Shown here: in pieces, positions 38,044-46,959 of the stretch
Numbering within the stretch: the stretch's first letter is position 1
Layout of the letters: every line of letters begins with the position of its first letter
Assembly: GCA_965223505.1 (NCBI GenBank)
Contig: CBDCWP010000021.1
Span: 192,001-256,000, forward strand
Direction of reading: 5' to 3'
Length of the DNA: 64,000 bases
Source: Planctomycetota bacterium
GTDB lineage: Bacteria; Planctomycetota; PLA2; JAEUHO01
Made by a program: the position numbers and the translations under genes
The notes under the pieces: generated by a model
The model's input: only the letters and a program-made list of their open reading frames with translations
Told to the model about the DNA's origin: nothing
Databases searched by the model: none

Positions 38044-38129
38044 AGCTTGGTCAGCCTCGTTCTATCTGGGTCGTTCTTGGTCTACCTATGACCATAGCGG
38101 AGTAGACGGAGAACGCAATCTTGCGGCAT

Positions 38130-38224
38130 GTAGGGGCAGCCCTTTGTGGCTGCCCTTCGCGGCTGCCCACCCCATGCGACCACCGCCGGCGATTCCATCG
38201 GGCGACCACAGGGGTTGCCCCTCC
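38130..38224. repeat. GTAG-type REPIN
   Basis: GTAGGGGCAGCCCTTTGTGGCTGCCC...GGGCGACCACAGGGGTTGCCCCTCC. Confidence 0.85.
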
Positions 38225-38230
38225 GGCGCC

Positions 38231-40258
38231 CTACCGAACCCGCTGCCCGGGCTCCGCCCCGGTATCCGGCGACAACAGAAACACGTCTCGCCCGCCCGGA
38301 CCCGCGGCGACCACCATGCCCTCGCTGACGCCGAACTTCATCTTGCGCGGCGCCAGGTTCGCAACGCAAACCACCAGGCGATCGATGAGGTCCTCCGCCT
38401 GGTAGGCGCTCTTGATGCCCGCCAAGACGGTTCGCGTCTCGTCTCCGCCCAGACTCAGGGTGAGCCGCAGCAGCTTGTCCGCCTCGGGGACCGCCTCCGC
38501 ATTCAGCACACGCGCCACGCGCAGATCGATCTTCTGGAAGTCGTCGAACGTGCACTGCTCGGCCAACGGCTCGTCGGCCAGGGGCCCGGACGGCTCCGGC
38601 GCGGCATCGGCGGGGGCTTCCACACTGTCGTCGATCATCGCTTGCACCTTCGCGGGATCGACCCGCTGCATGAGGTGTTTGAACGTCTCGAGCTGCGTGC
38701 CCGTGAGCGGCGTCTGCGCGTCGTCCCAGCGCTCGATGGGCGTCGCGAAGAGCTCGCCGGTCTGTTCCGACAGCCGCGGCAGCACGGGCGTGAGGTACAC
38801 GACCAGCTGCCGGAACAGGTTGAGCGCGATCGTGCACGCGTCCTGCAGCTCCCGTGCGCGCTCGGGGTCCTTGCGCAGCTTCCAAGGCTCGACGCCTTCG
38901 ACGTACTCGTTGGCCCGGTCCGCACGCGCCATGATCAGTCGCATCGCCTTGCTGAAGTCGCAGTCTTCGTAGGCCCGGGCGATCGCCTCGCCCTCGACTG
39001 CGGCCTGCTCGAAGAGCCCGCCGTCGTCGGGATACGTAGCCGAGAGGCCGATCCCGTCGATGAACTTCGCGGTTCGGCTCGCGAGGTTCACGACCTTGCC
39101 GACGAGGTCGCTGTTCACCTTCGCCGCGAACTCCTCGAAGCCGAAATCGAAGTCGTCGATGCGCGGCGTGAGCTTGGACGCGTAGAAGTACCGCAGGTAC
39201 GACGGATCGAGGTGTTTCGCGTACGTCTCGGCCTTGATGAAGGTCCCCTTGGACTTGGACATCTTCGCGCCGTCGACGGTCAGGAACCCGTGGATCTGCA
39301 CGCGACGCGGCAGCGTGAACCCCGCCGTCTTCACCATGGCCGGCCAGAAGAGGCAGTGGAAGTAGATGATGTCCTTGCCGATGAAGTGCCGAATCTCGAC
39401 GTCGTCCGAGCGCCACCAGTCGTCGAACGACTCGCCGTTGGCGTCGCACCATTCCTTGGTGGAGGCCATGTACCCGATGGGGGCGTCGAACCAGACGTAC
39501 CAGTAGTGACCGGGCGCGTCGGGGATCTCGAATCCGAAGTAGGGGGCCGGCCGGCTGATGTCCCAGTCGCGCAGCGGCTCCCCGAGGAAGTGCCCCTTCA
39601 GGTAGTTCGCGACCTCCGGCTCGAGATGATCGCCGGATTGGGTCCACTCGGTGAGGAAGTCTTGCATCTGATCGATGCGCACGAACAGATGCGGCGCGGT
39701 GTGAAGCTCGGGCGTCGCGCCCGACAGCGTGCTCCTCGGGTTCTTCAGGTCGGTGGGGGCGTAGGTCGAACCGCACACCGAGCAGTTGTCGCCGTACTGG
39801 TCGGCGGCGCCGCACTTGGGGTTCGGACAGGTGCCGCGCACGAACCGATCGGCGAGGAACGTGCCGGCCTCCGGATCGTAGAGCTGGGTCACGTCGCGTT
39901 CGGTGACGAGGCCTTGCTCGCGCAGCGCCGCCCAGATCTCGGCGCACAGCTCCCGATTGGCGGGGGAGTTCGTGCTGCCGAAGTTGTCGAAGCTGATCCC
40001 GAAAGCGGCGAAGTCGCGCACGTGCTCCGCGTGCATCTGCGCGATCAGCTCCTCTTCGCTGCGCCCTTCCTGACGGGCGCGGATCATGGTGGCGGTGCCG
40101 TGGGTGTCGTCGGCGCAGATGTAGATGCAGCGGTGGCCCCGAAGCCGCTGGAAGCGGCACCAGATGTCCGCCTGCGTGTACTCCACGAGGTGCCCCAGGT
40201 GAATGGGGCCGTTCGCGTACGGCAGGGCGGCGGTGACGAGGATCTTGCGTTCGGACAT
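38231..40258 (-). CDS. metG: Methionine--tRNA ligase with C-terminal tRNA-binding domain
   Basis: [37 protein letters not shown]. Confidence 0.97.
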   Translation of the reverse strand: MSERKILVTAALPYANGPIHLGHLVEYTQADIWCRFQRLRGHRCIYICADDTHGTATMIRARQEGRSEEELIAQMHAEHVRDFAAFGISFDNFGSTNSPANRELCAEIWAALREQGLVTERDVTQLYDPEAGTFLADRFVRGTCPNPKCGAADQYGDNCSVCGSTYAPTDLKNPRSTLSGATPELHTAPHLFVRIDQMQDFLTEWTQSGDHLEPEVANYLKGHFLGEPLRDWDISRPAPYFGFEIPDAPGHYWYVWFDAPIGYMASTKEWCDANGESFDDWWRSDDVEIRHFIGKDIIYFHCLFWPAMVKTAGFTLPRRVQIHGFLTVDGAKMSKSKGTFIKAETYAKHLDPSYLRYFYASKLTPRIDDFDFGFEEFAAKVNSDLVGKVVNLASRTAKFIDGIGLSATYPDDGGLFEQAAVEGEAIARAYEDCDFSKAMRLIMARADRANEYVEGVEPWKLRKDPERARELQDACTIALNLFRQLVVYLTPVLPRLSEQTGELFATPIERWDDAQTPLTGTQLETFKHLMQRVDPAKVQAMIDDSVEAPADAAPEPSGPLADEPLAEQCTFDDFQKIDLRVARVLNAEAVPEADKLLRLTLSLGGDETRTVLAGIKSAYQAEDLIDRLVVCVANLAPRKMKFGVSEGMVVAAGPGGRDVFLLSPDTGAEPGQRVR

Positions 40259-40327
40259 GGGGCGGGTCCTGTGGCGTGATGGTGCCCGCTGGGGGTGCGA
40301 ATGGCTAGAAGGTTGTCGGGCTGCGGG

Positions 40328-41329
40328 TCACCCGCGCAGCCCGCACGCCGCTCGAACGCCGTCCAGCACGGGGGCGCCGATCTCTCGCGCGCGCGCGGCG
40401 CCTCCCGTGAGGATGCCGTGCACGTAGTCGAGGTTGCGCTCGAGATCCGCCCGGTGCGCGCGCGCGTCGTCGAAACGCTCGTGGAACTTCGCCAGCAGGC
40501 GCTTCTTGAAATCGCCGTACCCGACGCCGCCTGCGCGGTATTGGCCCTCGATCTCGGTCAGCTCGGATGCGTCGCAGAACAGCTTCAGGAGCGCGAAGAC
40601 GTTGCACGTCCCGGGGTCCTTCGGCGCCTCGACCGGCGTCGAGTCCGTGACGATGCCCATGATCTGCTTCTTGACCTGCTTGTCCGTGGCGAACACGTCC
40701 ACGCCGTTGTCGTAGCTCTTGGACATCTTCCGGCCGTCGGTGCCGGGCACGACGGCGGTGTCGTCCATGATCAGCGCGTTCGGCACGACGAGGGCGCCGC
40801 CTTCTCCCGTCGCCGGGTCGAAATCGGGGCAGTACGTGCTGTTGAATTTCACGGCGATGTCGCGCGTGATCTCGATGTGTTGCTTCTGGTCCTTGCCGAC
40901 CGGCACGGTATCGCTGTGATAGAGCAGAATGTCCGCCGCCATGAGGACGGGATAGGAAAAGAGTCCGAAGTCGACCTCCTTGCCCTTCGCCTGCGCGTCC
41001 TTGTAGGCATGCGCGCGGTTCAGCAGCCCCATCGGCGTGACGGAGCCGAGAATCCACTGCAGCTCACTGACCTCCGGCACGTGCGACTGCACGAAGAGCG
41101 TGCAGCGCTCGGGATCGAGGCCGAGCGCCAGATAGTCGAGCGCGACCCCCATCACGTACGCCCGCATCGTCTCGGCGTCACGGACGCCGTCGAGCGCGTG
41201 CAGATCCGCGATGAAGTAGAGACCGTCGCCGCGATCCTGAAGATCGATCCACTGGCGAACGGCGCCGAAGTAGTTGCCGAGGTGGATGCCGCCTCGGCCC
41301 GTGGGCTTGAGTCCGCTCAGGATGCGCAT
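40328..41329 (-). CDS. trpS: Tryptophan--tRNA ligase
   Basis: HLGNYFGA, YPVLMAADIL, VPVGKDQKQH, KMSKS. Confidence 0.97.
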   Translation of the reverse strand: MRILSGLKPTGRGGIHLGNYFGAVRQWIDLQDRGDGLYFIADLHALDGVRDAETMRAYVMGVALDYLALGLDPERCTLFVQSHVPEVSELQWILGSVTPMGLLNRAHAYKDAQAKGKEVDFGLFSYPVLMAADILLYHSDTVPVGKDQKQHIEITRDIAVKFNSTYCPDFDPATGEGGALVVPNALIMDDTAVVPGTDGRKMSKSYDNGVDVFATDKQVKKQIMGIVTDSTPVEAPKDPGTCNVFALLKLFCDASELTEIEGQYRAGGVGYGDFKKRLLAKFHERFDDARAHRADLERNLDYVHGILTGGAARAREIGAPVLDGVRAACGLRG

Positions 41330-41472
41330 CGGATCGACCTACGGTGGGGACGGCCCGCGCGGCCGCCCGCAATCAGCTGACTGTGCCGACACCCAGGTGT
41401 GTCGGCACGCAACGAGGCAGTATGGCCGCTTCGCGACTCCGCCGGACAGAGGATTCGGGGCAGGCCCGCGAT

Positions 41473-43014
41473 CTACTTGAAAGCAAGGTCGTAAACGGGC
41501 GTGGGCCGAATCTGGGTCACCAGGCCGATCTGATCACGCACGTCCTTGCGGGCGTTGAACATGAGCCCGCCCGTGCTCGAGAAGTTGAACGACATGAACA
41601 GCACAGGTGGCGCAAGCGGATCGAAGGGATCCTCGGTGAAGATGCTGCCGTCGGGCGACCAGGAGATGCGACTGAACGCCGGAATGGTCGTTTGGGGAAG
41701 GATGTACTCGAAGCCGCCCGGCGTGAATCCGCGGATGAACAGCGTCTGCGACGTCGGGTTCGGGTTCATGACGTCGACCCAGTTGCGGATGCCGCCCCCG
41801 ATCGTCGGCTGGATCGGCAGGTCGGACACGTTCGCCTGCGGCGTGATGCGGCGCGTGCGAACGACGCGGTAGAAGCTGAAGAAGTCGGGGTCGTACTGAC
41901 GCGCGGTCACGTTCACTTCCTTCGGGAACGTGATCCGCATCCAGAAGTCCTGCTTCGGCGGATCGATGCCGATGTCGGGGAACAAGCCGTCGAGCACCGA
42001 GAGCTCTCCGAGCTCCAGCCCGATCGAGAGCCCCGGTCGCGTGGACATGTACTTCGTCGCAAACGGGTCCAAGCCGACGATCCGGGGCGCGGGCAGCAGC
42101 TGATTGCCGTTGCGGTCGTAGATGGCGCTCAGCGTCAGGAACTTGCGCGTCGTCGCGAAGTTGCTCAGCACCAAGCCGAAGTCGCAGTGGTTCAGCTCGG
42201 GATCGACACCGTGCTCGAGATCGAAGCCGAGGGTCACGTCCGAAAGCACCGTGTCCACGGGCTCGTGGAAGCGCTCCTCGTTGTGCACGGCGACGCTCTC
42301 TTCGCGGGCCGCGACGGCGTACCTGAAGGTCGTGCCGGCGGGGAACGAGCCGACGTCCGGTTCGACCTTGACCAGCCCGACCGTGCCCAAGACGACGGGC
42401 ACGCGCACCGAACCGGCCGCGCCGATCGGGACGACGGTCGGCGGGAAGGGTAGGCCGAACGGGTCGTACATCGTGACGGTGTACGAACCGGGCACGAAAC
42501 CGGCGCCGAGCTTGCTGCCGTTGACGATTTCGTACGACTCGGCGTGACCGGAGAGCGTCACGTGTCCGCCCGTTGCGCGCCAGGTCAAACCGATGGAGGC
42601 GTCGTCGAAGCCCCCGGGACGAACGCGGTCCATGTACGCGATGACGAACGACGCCGCGGGGCCGGTCGTCGTATCGACGTGCACCCAGCCGCCCAGCAGT
42701 ACCGGGCCCGTGAACGTCGTGAGCGGCACGCGCGTCTCACCTTGGGCCGGGACGACGATCGCCGTCGCCCCCGGTCCGTACGCCGCGCCCGCGGGCGTGT
42801 AGGCGGTCACGGTCACCGTGGAGGGGAACAGCGTGAGGTTCTTGAGACCGACGACCTGGCTCTGCGACTCTCCGACGCCCGGAATGAACGGCAACACGAT
42901 CTCTGCCGGCCCAAAGGAGAAGGTCTCGACGCCAGTCGCGTCGTCCGTGCCGCAACCCGGCCCGATCAGGCCCACGGCGAGTACGAGAATCAGAAGCGAG
43001 CGACGCGTGAACAT
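41473..43014 (-). CDS. Hypothetical lipoprotein with four repeated beta-sandwich modules
   Basis: GPGC lipobox; four N...T..(Y/F)..G motifs; GGAGG RBS. Confidence 0.7.
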   Translation of the reverse strand: MFTRRSLLILVLAVGLIGPGCGTDDATGVETFSFGPAEIVLPFIPGVGESQSQVVGLKNLTLFPSTVTVTAYTPAGAAYGPGATAIVVPAQGETRVPLTTFTGPVLLGGWVHVDTTTGPAASFVIAYMDRVRPGGFDDASIGLTWRATGGHVTLSGHAESYEIVNGSKLGAGFVPGSYTVTMYDPFGLPFPPTVVPIGAAGSVRVPVVLGTVGLVKVEPDVGSFPAGTTFRYAVAAREESVAVHNEERFHEPVDTVLSDVTLGFDLEHGVDPELNHCDFGLVLSNFATTRKFLTLSAIYDRNGNQLLPAPRIVGLDPFATKYMSTRPGLSIGLELGELSVLDGLFPDIGIDPPKQDFWMRITFPKEVNVTARQYDPDFFSFYRVVRTRRITPQANVSDLPIQPTIGGGIRNWVDVMNPNPTSQTLFIRGFTPGGFEYILPQTTIPAFSRISWSPDGSIFTEDPFDPLAPPVLFMSFNFSSTGGLMFNARKDVRDQIGLVTQIRPTPVYDLAFK

Positions 43015-43176
43015 AGAGCGACCTCCCCGGTGCGGTTGCAGATCCTCCCAAGCCGATAGGTCGCTCGCAACCTCGGGCATGCGCCGGATCACGTCCACCT
43101 GGGTGGACGCGTTAGCCCATTGTTCGACGGCGTCGGTCGGCCCGCCCCCGCGTTGGTGGATCGCTGACCGGGCCGG

Positions 43177-44007
43177 CTACTGCGTCGGCATGGGTGAGCG
43201 CGGCAGCGGCTTGTTGCCTTGCGGGCGCACCTTGCGAATCGCCTCTCGCTGGAGCTCGAGCGACGTCATGACCCGGCGTCCCTTGCGGCAGGTCCTCCAG
43301 CGAGCGACGGCGCTGAACGGCCACGTCGAGCGGAAGAAGTGCCGCCAGGCGCCTCGCGCCGTCAGGTGGTAGCGATCGTCGTTGTACTCGAGGCTCCCCC
43401 GTCGGGCGTGCGCATCGATCCAGGTGCGGATGCGCTTGGCCTCGCGCGCCTTGGCGTCGGGCTCGGTGGTCGGGATCGGCTCTTCATCGTCCACCGCTTC
43501 GATGCGGCTGTGGTGGGTGGCGAGGAGCGCCCGCACGTCCGGGGCGCGCGGAAGGTAGAGGAACGCTTGGCCCCGGCACGCGTCGAGCCGGGGGTACGTG
43601 CTCGCGTGAACCGTGATGACGTCGCGCCTCGACTCGAGCTCCGTGACCGCCTCGACCTCGACGGCGAGCCGGCGCCCCTCGCGCTTGCCGCTTCGTCGCA
43701 GTGTCACCGTGGCCTGCACGCGGCAGTGCTGCTCGCCGTCCAGGTACAGCACGGAGTACGCGACCTCTCCGGAGCGGTACTCCGAACGCAGGTAGCCGCT
43801 CGGCCGAAGCCCGGCTGCGTTGAGGTCGCTACAGGCCTGGTCCAGCGGCTTGATGGCGTGCTTGGGAAGCTCGGTTGCCGCCACGGTGTCCACGATCGGC
43901 CGCGCGTAGTAGACGATGCCACGCGAGATCTGGAGCATTCGCAGGAGCACCAGAAGGCACAGGGAGAAACCCGTGGCGCTCAGGGCGAGGATCAGCTCCA
44001 TCGTCAT
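43177..44007 (-). CDS. Hypothetical membrane-anchored protein
   Basis: N-terminal TM helix; resembles upstream gene; ATGA overlap. Confidence 0.65.
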   Translation of the reverse strand: MTMELILALSATGFSLCLLVLLRMLQISRGIVYYARPIVDTVAATELPKHAIKPLDQACSDLNAAGLRPSGYLRSEYRSGEVAYSVLYLDGEQHCRVQATVTLRRSGKREGRRLAVEVEAVTELESRRDVITVHASTYPRLDACRGQAFLYLPRAPDVRALLATHHSRIEAVDDEEPIPTTEPDAKAREAKRIRTWIDAHARRGSLEYNDDRYHLTARGAWRHFFRSTWPFSAVARWRTCRKGRRVMTSLELQREAIRKVRPQGNKPLPRSPMPTQ

Positions 44008-44846
44008 GACGACTTGGCCACCAGGCCGTGGGACGGCTTCAACCCAAGGTTGTTCGTCGGCGGCGGAACGATCCGTACGGCGTGCGGTTCACCGATCGTG
44101 GCATCGATGCGATGGACCTGAAGCGAGAGCGCGGCGACCTCCTGCATGCGGCGCACCGCCTTGCGCTTGAAGGGCGGCAACATGTGCCACGTTGCCTTGA
44201 AGGCGCCGCCCCACGTGAACTTGTACGTGTCCGCTTCCGCAGGGCAGATGAAGCCGCAGCCTTCCATGGCCTCGACCCAATGCGCGGCGCCGCGCACCAG
44301 GGGTTCGACCTCTTGCCCGACCTCGGGCATCTCGGCGTCGATGGCCGGCCCTTCCGAACGGGCGCGAGCGCGGTGCAGGCGGTGCAGGAGCTCGAGGTCC
44401 TCGCAGCCGGCGTGTTGGACCACGACCTGGCCGCGCGGGTAGCCGAAGGGCGGCGGCTCCGCGCAGTTGTTGGTCAGGATCTCGCGTCCGCGTTCCCAGC
44501 GGGTGCAGAACTCGACCATGTTCGCATGAACGACATCCGGCCGACGGCCGTGAACCAGCGCGGAGACGGCGGCCATGTCGCTTGCGTCGCGGTCCACGTG
44601 GACTGCGACATAGGCGATCACGTCGCGGACCGACTCCAGGCGCACGCGTGCGACCTCCGTGTAGCCCAGCTCGAGAAGCTCTTCGCCGGCCTCATCGAGG
44701 GCGGCAACGGCGGCCGCGGGCGCGTCGTCTTCCATCGGCTCGATGAGCGCTTCGGCCCGGTGTCGGAAGCTCCGGCGTACGAGAATCGGGCCGACGACGT
44801 AGGGTGAAACCACCACGGCAACCACGATGAGCAGTACGACCAGCAC
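44004..44846 (-). CDS. Hypothetical membrane-anchored protein
   Basis: N-terminal TM helix; ELGY, EFCT..ILTNN, YKFTWGGAFKATW. Confidence 0.65.
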   Translation of the reverse strand: MLVVLLIVVAVVVSPYVVGPILVRRSFRHRAEALIEPMEDDAPAAAVAALDEAGEELLELGYTEVARVRLESVRDVIAYVAVHVDRDASDMAAVSALVHGRRPDVVHANMVEFCTRWERGREILTNNCAEPPPFGYPRGQVVVQHAGCEDLELLHRLHRARARSEGPAIDAEMPEVGQEVEPLVRGAAHWVEAMEGCGFICPAEADTYKFTWGGAFKATWHMLPPFKRKAVRRMQEVAALSLQVHRIDATIGEPHAVRIVPPPTNNLGLKPSHGLVAKSS

Positions 44847-44937
44847 GCCAGCCCCCTGGGAAGAACGACACAGGTCTCATCGACCAGCACGTCACCCGTG
44901 CTCAAGGGCTTTGGCCGAACCGCCAGAATTGGACGTT

Positions 44938-45660
44938 TCAGGCCCCTACGGGGGCAAACGGGACCTCGCCTGGGACTCCGTCGGCGAACCTGAACACCGG
45001 CGCGTCCCCTGCCGCGGCGGGCAGGGCAAGCACCGCGCTACAGACGGTCCCGCGCCGGTCGCCGCGCTTCAGGATGCGATGGTCGCGCGGCAGGCGCGTA
45101 CGGTCGTCGGCGGCGAGCCGCTCCAACCGGACCAGGGTGTCTTCGAGGCGCCGGCTCGGATCCGGCCGCCCGATGACCGGGATCGCCACCTCGTCCAGAT
45201 CGTGCAAGTTCGTGAGCACGTGCGCGCCGGGGCGTAGCCTCACGACGTCGGACATGATCTTCCGGCCACCCTCCGTTGCCGGGCCGTTCTGGAGGACGAA
45301 CGCGTCCGTGCGATCGCCGACGAACAGATTGAACCCCGCGTAGCGGCCACCCTGCCAGGCCTCGACGGCGGCGCGCGCGTTCTCGTACCCCAGCACGTCG
45401 GTGACGAGCAGGCCACGGCTGCGCAGCCCCGCCGAATCGATGTTGTCCGGGTCACGATTCGTGATGGCCGCGACCAGTCCGTGGCGGTTGATGCCCAGCC
45501 AGGTTCCACCCGCGCGTCGATCCCGCGGCGCGACCAACCCGAGCGCCTCATCCCGAAGGGCCGGAGGCTCGAACGGTCGATCGAAGTACTCGTCGCGGTT
45601 GGCAAGCAGGACGAGGGGGTAATCGTCGCGCGTGCGGTGGTGGATCAGGAGGAAGCACAC
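44938..45660 (-). CDS. NRDE/TANGO2 family protein
   Basis: MC..ANRDEY, RD..AGGTWLG, SRGLLV, GFNL, GTVCS. Confidence 0.92.
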   Translation of the reverse strand: MCFLLIHHRTRDDYPLVLLANRDEYFDRPFEPPALRDEALGLVAPRDRRAGGTWLGINRHGLVAAITNRDPDNIDSAGLRSRGLLVTDVLGYENARAAVEAWQGGRYAGFNLFVGDRTDAFVLQNGPATEGGRKIMSDVVRLRPGAHVLTNLHDLDEVAIPVIGRPDPSRRLEDTLVRLERLAADDRTRLPRDHRILKRGDRRGTVCSAVLALPAAAGDAPVFRFADGVPGEVPFAPVGA

Positions 45661-45717
45661 CAGAAAAGCGTATGCGGCGACGAGATCGGAATCGAGGCGG
45701 GGACGTCGGAGCCGTTC

Positions 45718-46644
45718 CTATGCGGCCAACTCCGATGCGACCTTGGCGTTCACGTTCTCGGAGCGCGCGTCTTCGAGGGCGCTCTCCGCGACGGAGAACA
45801 GGTCCTCGAGAATCTCGACGCCCTCGGACTTGTTGGTCGCACCGCCGATCCGGATGGTGAGCGGAACCGAGCGTTGATCGACGGAAACGGGTTCGCTAGC
45901 GACCATCTCCTGGATGCGATCGATCAGCGAACGGGCGCCGTCGAGGTCCGACTGGACGGCCACGACCACGAAGCAGTCGCCGCTGTAGCGCCCGACGATG
46001 TCGTGATCGCGGACGACGGCCTTCAGACGTCGCGCGACGGCCTTGAGCGCCTCGTCGACCGCGACACCCGAGCTGTTCGTGCGCAACCCGTCCAGGTTCT
46101 CGACGTCGATCAAGAGGCAGGTGAGGGGCGAGCCGTAGCGCTCGCAGCGGCTCCACTCGCCGCTCAGTCGTTCGATGACCTGCATGCGGTTCCACACACC
46201 GGTCGCGGGGTCGATGAACGGAACCTGGGTCAGCTCGAGCTGGATCTCGTCGAGCATGCGCGACTTGACCTGAAGCTCCGCGCGGGCCTGCCCGAGCTCT
46301 TCCTTGGCCGACACGTCGCGCGCGCGCGGCCGGCCCATCGCGGCGACCATGCCGCCCTCGATCGGGAAGAACCGGTACTCGATCACGACGGCGTGTTCGG
46401 ACGCTGTTCCGTGCGGGACCTCGAGAAGGACCTCGTCACCACCGGCAGCTCGCACCAGCTCGCGTAGGACGCGATTCCGTGCGGACGGGACCACGAGGTC
46501 CATGAAGTCGACGCCGGGACGCGCCCTCGGCACCGTCCGCTCGAACGCCGGGTTCGCGGTCTCGATGCAGCGGTCGGAACGCAGGATCACCACCAGGTCG
46601 GCGGCATCTCTGAAGATCGTCTGCAGAAGTTCAGCTTCGAGCAT
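45718..46644 (-). CDS. PAS-GGDEF protein with degenerate active site
   Basis: DPATGVWNR, RDHD I-site, RYSGDCF. Confidence 0.82.
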   Translation of the reverse strand: MLEAELLQTIFRDAADLVVILRSDRCIETANPAFERTVPRARPGVDFMDLVVPSARNRVLRELVRAAGGDEVLLEVPHGTASEHAVVIEYRFFPIEGGMVAAMGRPRARDVSAKEELGQARAELQVKSRMLDEIQLELTQVPFIDPATGVWNRMQVIERLSGEWSRCERYGSPLTCLLIDVENLDGLRTNSSGVAVDEALKAVARRLKAVVRDHDIVGRYSGDCFVVVAVQSDLDGARSLIDRIQEMVASEPVSVDQRSVPLTIRIGGATNKSEGVEILEDLFSVAESALEDARSENVNAKVASELAA

Positions 46645-46774
46645 GCTGTGGTGGCCTCGTCCGGACACATTCATCATCGTATCGGTGAAGGTGACCGCTT
46701 TAGCGCATTCGTCCACCGCGGCTTGCGTGCGGAATCGAACACCCACGCGCCGCCATGGGCGCGGTTTCCCGCCG

Positions 46775-46918
46775 CTAGAGGGAGGGGACGCCCATCCGCT
46801 CGAGTCGCTCGTCGAGGGCCTGCGAGAGATCGTCGTCCAACGCGTCCCATGCGCCTTCGAGCCGCAGGTCGCACGCTTGCGCGAGGTAGAGATCCTCGGC
46901 ATGCAACCGGGTCAGCAC
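46775..46918 (-). pseudogene. Probable fragment of an ECF-type sigma factor N-terminus (47 aa)
   Basis: LHAEDLYLAQAC...AW..L resembles the DLYLACAC motif, recalled from memory. Confidence 0.4.
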
Positions 46919-46959
46919 TCTCGATGAGCGGCTGCGGCGGAGGCGGAACGGCGCCGTAG

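Noticed and set aside
38231..41470. T-box leaders for trpS or metG
   Set aside because: No T-box consensus or terminator/antiterminator seen; intergenic gaps are too short
43060..43125. c-di-GMP-I riboswitch (GGGCTAAC resembles GGGCAAAC)
   Set aside because: Lacks the GNRA loop and GCAAAG consensus
44941..44949. GTAGGGGC at the end of the NRDE gene as a REP
   Set aside because: No accompanying hairpin; lies inside coding sequence
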